Shown: in pieces, positions 25,329 through 37,300 of the stretch | Layout of the letters: each line of letters opens with the position of its first letter | How positions within the stretch are numbered: the stretch's first letter is position 1 | NCBI GenBank assembly: GCA_002633005.1 | Contig: NMRA01000219.1 | Span: 353,251 to 417,250, forward strand | Direction: 5' to 3' | DNA length: 64,000 bases | Source of the DNA: Phoronis australis | Lineage: Eukaryota; Animalia; Phoronida | Position numbers and translations under genes: made by a program | The notes under the pieces: generated by a model | What the model was told of the DNA's origin: nothing | Database searches by the model: none | What the model saw: only the letters and a program-made list of their open reading frames with translations

Positions 25329-28300
25329 ATGGTAACACTGGAGCTGTTTCTGTGGAGGTACATTTCATGCTTGTGAAAAACCAGCAGTAAGTTATACCCT
25401 TATAGCGAAGCTGCTCCCACAAGAAAACTAAAAATAATAACACGGACATGTAGAAGACTCCATACCCTTGAAATCAATACAAAAAAACTTAGTCGATCAT
25501 GCAGGCTTGATAATAGGTGTCTGTATGTTTGTCACAACCATTCAACTTACATTGAGTTGCCTGACAAAAACTCCTTTGAAAAGATAATAAAAAAATTGGT
25601 GTGTTGTATTTCACAAACTTCTTTATGTAAGACCATCACATTCTTTGAAGACAAATTTCTTAGACAAAAAAGATGAGACAGAAGTTGGTACATGCTGAGA
25701 CCTAACAGTTGATTGCTATGATGAATATTTTTCACAATTGATCAAAATGTTCTCTGACTGTACGTCTGTCACAGCATTTTTGAGATTTTATCTTGGATAT
25801 TTATATCAAATGATATTTGGTCATGTTATTGATGTTGTTTTCGGATATCAATGTACCTTTCTTTTTGCTGAATTTTACTCAAATGACATGTTCACGAGAC
25901 CCAAGTGGTTGTAGTTTGATATAACAGTAATTCAACTTCTACAGTTTCCGCTTGCACTCACAAATTCTGTAGTTCTACAAATATTTGGCTAAAACCACAG
26001 ACTTGTTAATAAGGTCCGACATAAGTGAGCTTGAAGTGGAACGTTGGTCACTAAATTTGCTAGTGAGTTCTAAGAACATGACTGAGTGTGCTAAATTGTA
26101 TTTTGTATATATCTTTCAGGCTACTATCGTATGTGGACCTTTCCAACATATCGATGAAGCTTTTAAAAGATGCATAAACTGTTCTATCCTCTGTGCAGAG
26201 GATGCTCGTCCTGGCCAAAAGCTAATCTGCACAAAAGACAGCCATTGCCAAGGTAAAGTTTGTACGTGTATTAGCAGTCTTACTTTGGAACAATAGAAAA
26301 TTGTTTCAGTGGCTAATTAATGAACACCTTGGATATGTTGCAATATTCACCTGGTTTAGATGGCGAGAAAACATCTGTAGTCATTAAGCGTTGATTATAA
26401 AATTGCATTTAAACATTGTCCCCTCTGTATTGCCCATAGGCTCATATGGATGTACATTAACTATCTATTACTCTTTTACAGACTATCTGGCATCCATTAC
26501 AACCACCACTGCCAGAACTCCACTTGTGTCACCGCCAGCAGTAAGTTATACCCTTATAGCGAAGCTGCTCACACAAGAAAACTAGAAATAATAACATGGA
26601 CATGTAGAAGACTTCATGCCCTTGAAATCAATACAAAAAACTTAGTCGATCATGCAGGCTTGATAATAGGTGTCTGTACATTTGTCACAACCATTCAAAT
26701 TACATTGAGTTGCCTGACAAAAACTCCTTTGAAAAGACAATCAAAAAATTGGTGTTTTGTATTTCACAAACATTCCGCTAATAAAACAGAAATTATTACT
26801 TTTGACAATTCACAGAAAATTGATGTCAATGAAATATGATTTTTAAAAACTTCTAATTCTTTACGTAAGACCATCACATTCTTTGAAGACAAATTTCTTA
26901 GACAAAAAAGATGAGACAGAAGTTGATACATGCTGAGACCTAACTGTTGATTGCTATGATGAATATTTTTCACAATTGATCAAAATGTTCTCTGACTGTA
27001 CGTCTGTCACAGCATTTTTGAGATTTTATCTTGGATATTTATATCAAATGATATTTGGTCATGTTATTGATGTTGTTTTCGGATATCAATGTACCTTTCT
27101 TTTTGCTGAATTTTACTCAAATGACATGTTCATGAGACCCAAGTGGTTGTAGTTTGATATAACAGTAATTCAACTTCTACAGTTTCCGCTTGCACTCACA
27201 AATTCTGTAGTTCTACAAATATTTGGCTAAAACCACAGACTTGTTGATAAGGTCCTACATAAGTGAGCTTGAAGTGGAACGTTGGTCACTAAATTTGCTA
27301 GTGAGTTCTAAGAACATGACTGAGTGTGCTAAATTGTATTTTGTATATATCTTTCAGGCTACTATCGTATGTGGACCTTTCCAACATATTGATGAAGCTT
27401 TTAAAAGATGCATAAACTGTTCTATCCTCTGTGCAGAGGATGCTCGTCCTGGCCAAAAGCTAATCTGCTTAAAAGACAACCGCTGCCAAGGTAAAGTTTG
27501 TACGTGTATTAGCAGTCTTACTTTGGAACAATAGAAAATTGTTTCAGTGGCTAATTAATGAACACCTTGGATATGTTGCAATATTCACCTGGTTTAGATG
27601 GCGATAAAACATCTGTAGTCATTAAGCGTTGATTATAAAATTGCATTTAAACATTGTCCCCTCTGTATTGCCCATAGGCTCATATGGATGTACATTAACT
27701 ATCTATTACTCTTTTACAGACTATCTGGCAGCCATTACTACCACCACGGACAGTACTCCATTTGTGTTACTGCCATCTAGTGAAGGACCTACAGCTGTGC
27801 CCACTACTTCACAAGCTGGTCACCTGCCTCCGTCGGTGTTGGCAGCTGTTATTGCTTTGACGGTTGTTGTAGCCGTTGTTATTTTCGTGGCTCTAATAAT
27901 GTCACAGTGGCGGAAGCGGTGCAAACGTCGGGATCGACATGAAGATGAAGAAGCAAGGCTGCGTGATGTGTGCAGAAATGGTAAGGGCATAGCGATTACT
28001 GTTCTTGAATTAGTGTTTTTTTCACAATGCTACTCTGTACTGTTCAAGTTTAGGTCTATATGAAATTATGCTCTTACACGCACACACACACACACGCGCG
28101 CGCACACACACACGAAAATACATGCATGTAAATACACACATGTGGTCACATACTGAGCAATATATTAAAACCCCCGGTCAGATTTTAATGAAATTTGGTG
28201 GGAGGTTTTAGAGTATCTCTAGAAAACAGTTCATGCCAGTTTTCAGTCTACACCCTCCCCTTGGGGGCATAGCTTTTATGTATTTTTTGGGGAGGAACGT

Positions 28301-31300
28301 ACTGGATTATATCTGACTAGATAATGGATTGACACATTTCAATGAAACTTGACACAAAGGTGTGTGATACTAATGTGCCAACACTTTTATATTTTCATGG
28401 GGTTTCAATAACAACAACACCTCAGGTGGCCATTTTGCTCTCGACAAAGGGCTTTCAACAGTTGCTTTTTGCGGGAAGAGCGTTTCTGGATGATGTCTAG
28501 AGCTAGACAAACGCTTGGCAGATTTCAATGAAAATTGTCACAGCAGTATATCATGTGGATAGGCCGGAACCATGTGATTTTGTGGGTGTATTTGTCTACT
28601 GCAGACTTCCTAATGGCCATTTTGTTTGAGCTTTCTGGATAATAATAGAGAACCAATTGAAGGATTTCAATGAAAGCTTACACGGAAGAATGTGATGTCA
28701 AAATGCGCCATCACCCGCGACGAGTAAATTTTCGGGTATATCCGGCCACTGCAGCACCTCTTAGTAGCCATTTTGTTCTCGACAAAGACTTTTCAAAGTG
28801 TAATTGTTTGGAGGAAGAGGATGATACCTAGAAAACTGGTCATGGAAGTATATCATGTGAATGTGCCAGTATCTTAAGAATTGATCGATGGATTTTCATT
28901 GAAAGTTGAAACAGGTATGTGAGATTGTGCCACTGGATTCGACTTTACATTATCTCCTAGTGGCCATTGTGAGAGAGCGTTTTTCGGATATATGTAGAGA
29001 ACTGAGTGAAGGATTGCAATGAAAGTTAACACAGAGATTTGTCATGAGAATGTGGCACTACCATTAAATTTTCAGTCCCATTTGACCACAGTGTAGCACG
29101 TACCTCCTGGTGATCATTTTGTTTTCAACGTAGGTTTTTGAAGTGTTGTTTGGGGGAAGAGCGTTTCTGGATGGTACCTAAACTTACCGATTGACAGATA
29201 TCATTGAAACTTGACTCAAAAGAATATCATGATATTGTGCCACTATCAATTAATTTTCGGGCAGATTTGACAACTGCAGCACCCCCTAGTGGCCATTTTG
29301 TACGAGAATACTTATGGATGATATGTAGGGAACTTAGCATAGGATTTCAATGAAAGGTGGCACAGAGGTAGGTGATGGCAATGTGATGGCACCATTTAAT
29401 TTTCAGCGAACCCGACCCTTGTGCACCTCTTAGTGGCCATGTATAGTTCTTGACATGGGGCTTATGAAGTGAAATTTGGGGGAAGAGCGCTTCCAGTTGA
29501 TATCTATCTAAAGAACTGATTGTATGTCATTGAAACTTAATTGACACAGATGTATATTGTAAGATTGCACCTGCAGTAGTTACGTTTCCGATGGATTTGA
29601 CAACAGCAACACCTACAATTGGCCCTTAGAAACATATGGTATGCCATGCACCCGTGAGCTCATGTCAGCGCCCCAGCATTGTTCTTGTGATTTTGACCGG
29701 GACTGTATGCTTCTGTATCCATTGAATTTCCTGGCTGTGGTGATGTCAGAGAGTAGGCACCGGGCTAGTCTCTGGCCCTCCTCCTTCCAGTATCGCACGC
29801 AATGTAAATTTGGAAATGCAACCAAGTTCGTGCTGGTTACACACTCTTTGATCTTTTCCCCTGATACGAGTTTTTGCTGCATCTCCGTATTGCCATCCTC
29901 GCTCTATGAGGCGCTTTGTTGCCCATATCTCCTGCTGTTGTACAATCTCGGCATCTGTAAGCGATTCACGCACTCTGGAGATAACATCTGCTGGTGTGAG
30001 GAGCAGGTTGGCAATCGGTTCTGCGATGCCTGGAAACTAATCCGCCTTGACGTTGAATGAGATGCCACAGTGTCCTGGTATATAAACACTGAAAAATCAC
30101 TATGAAAAATGGCAGACGTGCTCCTGCCAAGAAGTATACCACATGTTGATTTTTGCTTGAGCCTGACTACTGTATGTAGTGCCCCTTAGTGGCAATTTTA
30201 GTTTTTTACATTTACCTTTTTATCTTCAAAGGTTCTCAACGTATTTTCATAAAATTTGGTATACAGGAACCTATTAGTGAGATGATGCCATCCTTTCGTT
30301 TTCGAATGGATTCGACATAGTTTGCGCCACATAGTGGCGATTTTTACTCTTTTAGAGTCTGTTTATTGGCGCCCTCCCCTCCATAAATCAAAGCACTCTA
30401 AGGATGATTGTGAAAATTGGCATGTATGTTCTTACTGTGAAGTGGACGGCTGATGGTGATTTTCCGACGACTTCAACTGCTGTGGTGCCTCCTAATAGCA
30501 GTTTTTTGCGGCTATGGCTGTATCTCCTGGCAGGATCTTTATTAAATTTATTAACTGTGTTTATATGATGTTTATAACAAATGACGACGACTTTCGGACG
30601 GATCTGACTATTGGTGTTCCCCTAGTGGCAATTTTAGATTTCAAGTTTACGTTTACTTCTGTATCTTCAAAGGTCCTCAATGGATTTTCATAAAATTTTG
30701 AATATAGGCATCTATTGGTGATATGACGCTGTCCTCCCGTTTTCGGATGGAATCGAGGTATTTTGTGCCACCTGGTGGCCATTTTTGCTGTTTTCAAGTC
30801 TGTTCTTAGGCGTCCACCCCTCCATCAACCAAATCATTCTAACAATGGTTTTGAAAATTAGCGTGAATGTTCCCAGTGTGAAGAGGTGGTGACTTTGACT
30901 ACTTTAGCACCTCATAGTGGTAGTTTTGTTTTGCGCCCATGCCTGTATAGATTAAACCTACTGGAGGATTAAATTTAGTGAGCGTAGTGTATTTATATGA
31001 AGTTAACAACAGATAATGACGACTTTCAGGCGGATCCAACAAACGTTGTGCCCCCACTGGCCATTTCATATTATTTCGTTTTCCTTTGTTTTTGTTTCTC
31101 TGAAGTTCCTTGACAGATTTTTATGAAATTTGGTGAATAGCTTTCTATTAAAAAAGCAATAACATTTTCCAGTTTGCAGATGGATTGGACGTTTGTGGCC
31201 ATCTAGTGGCCATTTTTATGATACAAATAAAAAACCCTAAAAGCACAGCTTTTGCGATACATTTCTGGGCACATTTCAATGCTCCGCCATTGTGTCTTGT

Positions 31301-34300
31301 TTTCAAGCCTGTTTTTTGGCATCGCCCTTTCTGTGGAAACAAATAAAAGGATCATTAATAAAATTGGCAGATATCATTACCTTCTGACAACAGCATGACT
31401 GATGTTAATTTTCGGACGAGTTGTGGCTACTGTGGTGCTTCTTAATGTCATTTTTTGCAACAGCTGCTTTATCTCTTGCAGGATTTTGTGAAGGATGACA
31501 TACGCTTTTCTATAAACATGGCAACAGACGATACCTTCTTTCAGTCAAATCTACTGCTGCGCCCCCTGGTTGCAATTCATTTTTTATGTCCACCTCTGCA
31601 TCTGGACTTACTCGACGGATTTTTCTGAAATTTCACAAATAGGTTTCTTCTATGAAAATGATGAGGCCCTCCCATTTTGGACAAACTCGACATATTCTGC
31701 ATCACCTAATGTCATGTTTGGTTCTAAAAACATATCCCTAGAAGCATACCATTTGTGGGGCAGTTGTGTGTGCATTGCAATCTTGTGTATATTTTAAATG
31801 GTATGAACTTGTCAACAGGAGCATTGTTAAACTTTCTTTATTGTAGCCAAACTGCTATGAAACCTGATTCTCTTACAGCATACCTTTATAGCCCACCCGC
31901 TCAATGAGGGCACTGTATGCAGCAATACACATTTCCAAACAAGCTCCACTCTCTTTCCTGAAAGACTTTTGGGTGTTTTATGGATGCCGTTACTTTTGTG
32001 CAATGAACATTTCCAATGAACCATCAGTGGGGCCGTTAAAGGTTAATTAATGTTAGGTCAAGAGTCCAAAACTCTGTTCAGTTTTGTTTTTCATTTATTG
32101 TCTTGGTTTTAGAGCAGTATGATTTGATTATGATTCATGAAAATTGCTTTTCAAGACATTTATTGCCACATGCAGTGGCAATTTTAGTGGCCACTGAATT
32201 TGTTGTTTGACTCAATCATATCCTGGACTGAGTGGGTTCATTTATAGGCCATCTCTAGTTGATTGATCCGAATTTTACGTTAATTGTCGATGCATGTGGC
32301 TTCAGTGAACTATGATCCTGACATGTTTGTTTCACCCAAAGCTTGTTATTGATAACTGACACTACATAGTCTAGATTCTTTGGATTTTTCCTTCAGGTGA
32401 AGGGGTTAAACTTTCCACCGAAGAGACAGTAGGACCAGATGAGCAGGCTAATGAGGACTCTGGGATTGACAGCCACGCTTCATCAATGCTAGTACCACAG
32501 GTATGATATGTCGTATGAAAGTTAAAGCAAAGTAAAAAAATTGACTGTGAACCTTATGCGATGCAATCATCTCAGATTTCTTCTAAAGGCATCATTAGCC
32601 CAGCCTTTCCCATTTATCTTGCCATGCGTCTTGTGAACTTTACTTTTAGACGCCCATAAATTCATGAGTGTACATGTATTATCGTCATCTCTGTATGACT
32701 TCATGTCCAGCGTCTGTTTTTATCTCTTTCCACAGTGTGTCTCCAAATCCCTTGCAATGTCTTCAATGGACCTTGGCAAGTAAATTAGGGAGTTTGCAGG
32801 GAGTTCCCTCCAGCCCAAGTTGATGGGGAAAAGTTCTTATACTAAAAACTAGCACAATGTGGCGAACTAATGAAATTCCATTTTGTCAATTTCTCATTAA
32901 GAATAACTTTTCTGGAAAATTTACTTTTGTGCTTTTAGCATGGTTTGTATGACGTAGCTATCACCAAACAGCATTTGGTAAAATTTTGAGCATTTGCAAC
33001 AATGTGCAAAAAACAGAAATATGCAGTTTTTACAATAATTTTTGTAAAAAACTGAAGAAGTTTTAGCATAATTAAAAGGGGTGGTTATTTAAAGGATTAA
33101 TGGATCGTTCAATAGAATGTGATAGGTATGTTAACTGGAGCACGGCTTGCATTGTTCCTTCTGGTGGCAAGTTAAAAAACATGAACACCCTTCATTTGTA
33201 TGCCGTTTGAGATTTACATGGTGGGGCTTTTCAATGTGCTACACTGTTACTGCACTCTGAAACAGTTGGTTTGTTTGACAGTCGCGTTTTGGTTGTTAAT
33301 TTAGTAGTTGTGTATTGAATAGAGTAGGTGAGTTGAAGGTGCCAACACAATTCAAAACTCTAAATTTATAGAATCTTTTACATAAAATGCATCGTTTGCC
33401 TCAACCCTGTCTCCCCTGCTCCACTACAGACCTTCGTTGCGCCCATTTCGGCACCGCGTTGGTCCCAGGTATTGCATCGGCCCCCTATTTGGATTCGAGG
33501 TGTTCTATTTTTTTCTCTCGGGCCGTTTTTTGCGCCGGGCCGCGGAGAGAAGGTGGTCAGTTTCGTACTGGCCTTGGTGACATCAGTCGCTCGGCTCAAC
33601 AGCCTGGGTGACGTCACTCCGTCGGCTCAATTTCACTCCCTCCGGCTTCTGTCGCGTACATCATTCATCGGGCCTGTCGCCGCCAAAATTAATGATGCCT
33701 CATTTAAAATTGTTTAGTCTTCCTTGAGTAAATTAAATTACCCGGGTGTTGGAAAACTGGCGTTCTTCAGTTATTCTGCTGCTAAAATTGTGATACGCTT
33801 TTGGGTGCCCTTGCGTCACCTATTGGCCAATTTCCATGATCTTCAATCAACTGTGAGGTTGCGTACATGTCGTAAAATTCATAAGTGTATATTTTAAATG
33901 CATTCTTAGTTTTCACTTTAAAAGAGTAACATCTGATAACCGTACTTTGTGTTACGGTAGGGTCAAATATTCTCAGTGGAAGAAATTTGTACTTTGTGTT
34001 ACGGTAGGGTCAAATGTTCTCAGTGGAAGAAATTTGTACTTTGTGTTACGGTAGGGTCAAATATTCTCAGTGGAAGAAATTTGTACTTTGTGTTACGGTA
34101 GGGTCAAATATTCTCAGTGGAAGAAATTTGTACTTTGTACCGCAGCCGCACATCTTGCCTACTAAAATCTGACAGTGACAGAAATTCTGCTTGAAGCTTA
34201 ACACGGTCTCTTCAAGAAGTATTCCTGTCTCTTGCAATGAACACTCGGTTCACTCTTAGGTGAGCTATTTCCCTCCCTCGGCATTTCCCACTAGCTGCTA

Positions 34301-37300
34301 CCTGTGAAAGCATGGGTAACGGCTAGTGAAAGTATAAATAGACGTCTTTGAGTTACTTGTTAGATCGTTGGTATTTGAAAGACGTCATCATTATCATGTC
34401 AATGATGCGCTTAGCTCTGTATTGCCTATAGAATTCAAGATCAATTGGGCATGTTGTCTTCAGAGGAAAAATTGGTGTGTATTGCATGCTAATGGGAATT
34501 ATGTTTTCAATTATGGTTTGTTCATTTGGAGGGGTTTGCTGTTTATCTTTGATTTACTACCTTGTCATTACCTAAGGCTCTTTGGTGAATTTATTTTTGC
34601 ATGACCTATGGTGTGGCAGTTAAGTTTTGTATTAGGGTGTATGGTTGGTCTCTTCAGTAAGACTGCAGTATACAACCAGTTTTGATGCAGTGTTCTAAGT
34701 TTTTACCTCTTTTCAAAAATGAAACAAGCTGTGGTTTATGAGAAAAGAAATAATGTTTTCATATTGAGAAGAAATAGAATTTCAGTGCATAAGAAAGAGG
34801 AATACAGCTTGTGAAACAGTAATTTTAATTATGACAAAAAGTGCTGGACCTGACTAAGACGGCTAAAATTCAAATTTTTTAAACCGAGTTATTTGTATTT
34901 TATAAGTCTAAATAAATCAGGATCTTTGATCCAGGTACAAAAATACTCAAAAGTGCCTTTGTTATGGCTTGTCATCTTTAACAATTTTTGTGATAAAATT
35001 TACTTGGGATCCCCAGAAAAATTTGATCACCTATCGCTGTTGGAGAATGAAAGGACATGTTTTAATTTGAAGTTTAGGCGACTTATTGTCTAAACTCAGG
35101 GGCAACAACTTCAATGAGAATGCCAGTAGAGATTACTTAGTGAGAGAAGTCTGTTTACCCTAAGTTAACTTCTCAGGTATGTTAACACAGGCTTGAAGCA
35201 ACTCTTTGATTTGCAGTAGTACATGTGTATAGCCAGACTCTTTGGAGGAAGTGAGATTTAAATCTTTATACGGAAGTGTCTTCTACTTCGCCAGGAAACT
35301 TTTTCATCACAAATGACTTAAGACATAATGTTTGCTGAAAAATAATTATATCTCACTTACATGTGGAGAATTTCTGGCTTGCACTGGTCACAGCTCTGAT
35401 TCCCTAAGCCCCAGACAACTATCATGCCTATTCCCTTTGTATCATGGATGTAGATCTGAGCTAATGAAGTGGAAAGGTAATAGCTAGCACTACTTTGTTA
35501 ACAATGCTGGTCCTTATTACACCCAACTTATTTTTCTCTTTGATGATGATAAAGGGACACTTCCCAAAGGAATGTTGGTTTTAAATATGTTTCATGCCTG
35601 TTTTCATTATTTTAACTCCTGTCTACTTAACGATTAGGGTTGCCATCTTTTAATTTTGTGTTTAAACGAAGAATCAAAACAACTTACGGTAGAAGTCAGT
35701 TTATTGTGAACCCATCCCTGAATTTTCCAGATTATAGCTACACCAAACATGTCACAGCAAACAAAACTCCATGTGCCATTAGTTCAAGTTTAATCTCTAT
35801 TAGAACTTAAATCATAAAATATATTAAGTGCAAATATGGTGATAGCCAACTAAAGATTTGGAAATTTTGGTTGCAGTAACTACATAACTATTCTAGTTTT
35901 TCCTCAGTCACAAAAATGAAATCACAGCTCTTGCCCACCGACCATCCCCATCCACTGCTTGCACTCTCTCGTTGACTACGGAGCTAGCCATCATAGTTGT
36001 CTTCACAGGTGTTCCATTACAACTACAAGCTAACTATCGAAATTGGCGCATTTCCGCGAATAGCAGTTTTTTGGTTAGTGTACTACTCCTGCAGTCAAGT
36101 AGTTCGGCATGCACTGTGCCATAAGCGATGTTTTAAAAATCATTGACATCTAATTTAGTCACTGTGTGTTTTTCATAGATGTTTCAATGTATCTTAGTTG
36201 TATATTAAAAGAATAATTATCCACCTGATATTGTTAACTCTGATCAGCGTTTGTAAATCACGGAGTATATCAATACGCACATTCGTTTAAGATAATTACC
36301 TTCCATTGTACCCAATGTTTGTAGTTTTTAGCTTAATAGTTCATCGATTTTTGAAATTCGACAACCAAACTTGGTTGTTTTTTCCATCTGAATACAGCTG
36401 TGGTATTTGTTTTTAACGAAAATTGTTGGTTAATGCATTTTGAAAATTTGCCAGTATCTACATGCATAGATGTTTACTACAGTTTATGGTTGGGTAATTA
36501 CACTTAATTGGGTCTTGCTCGCACCGCCGCGCTCTCTTTTATCCCGGTAAAAGCCGCTCAGAAGGACGAGTGGTGAAAAGTCATGCATATCTTTAGAAAT
36601 GCGTGACTTTCGTGGCGTATTATTGATGTCATTTAAGCAAAAGTACAAATTCGCACGGAATATGCCCATAACTGGTAGCTACTGAATTTGTATAATTACA
36701 GTATATTAATGATTATGGTATAATATTCAGGCTGTGATATGCTAATATGTACCTGGCTAAATCTTTATTCAATTATTTTGAAGTGGGAGTATCAAACCAA
36801 GTTTCTGTCTTAAGTCAGTTTTCATAAAACAGTTTCCAGAATCCTGATGCAACCACTGGCTTTGTTTGCATGTTTCTCTGTGCACACACCATTTTTCAAA
36901 GTTATAGTTCTGGAAATGGGCATATTTTCTGATTCTTTTTTGGCATCCAGTTATTTTCACTCATGAATACAGGATGTCCCAAACTCAATATTACTCTGTC
37001 ATTTCACTACATGGCTAAGTGCTTTAAACACCGTCTTGTTTTGCCTCAATCCTAGTTTAAAAATCTCCCCAATTTCAGGCAAAAACAATTACCAAATTAA
37101 AAAAAGAAATTCATTTTGGGCTTCTAACACAATGTGAATGTCTCAAGTTGTGCGGAATCATGCGTTGACTTTTTGCGATTCATCATTGTAGTAAATGATT
37201 AAATTTTACTTTGTCGGCCATATTGTACCCTAAGTTGAAGAGAGAGCTTTCGGTAAACAAATAAAACAATTCACCATATTTATCATGGCACTGAAGTGAT

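Larger units (their letters stand above)
25381..27772 (+). repeat. Tandem segmental duplication: copy A 25381-26534, copy B 26535-27772
   Basis: Near-identical copies with an about 84-nt indel; CCA microhomology at 25381, 26535 and 27773. Confidence 0.95.

Noticed and set aside
25336-25386. Coding exon ending at GCA|GTAAGT (25386) as the receptor N-terminus
   Set aside because: The phase-0 frame has TAG/TAA at 25321 and 25333 and no ATG or good acceptor after them.
33942-34138. Regular repeats as a CRISPR array
   Set aside because: Units are contiguous and near-identical with no unique spacers; eukaryotic context and no cas genes.
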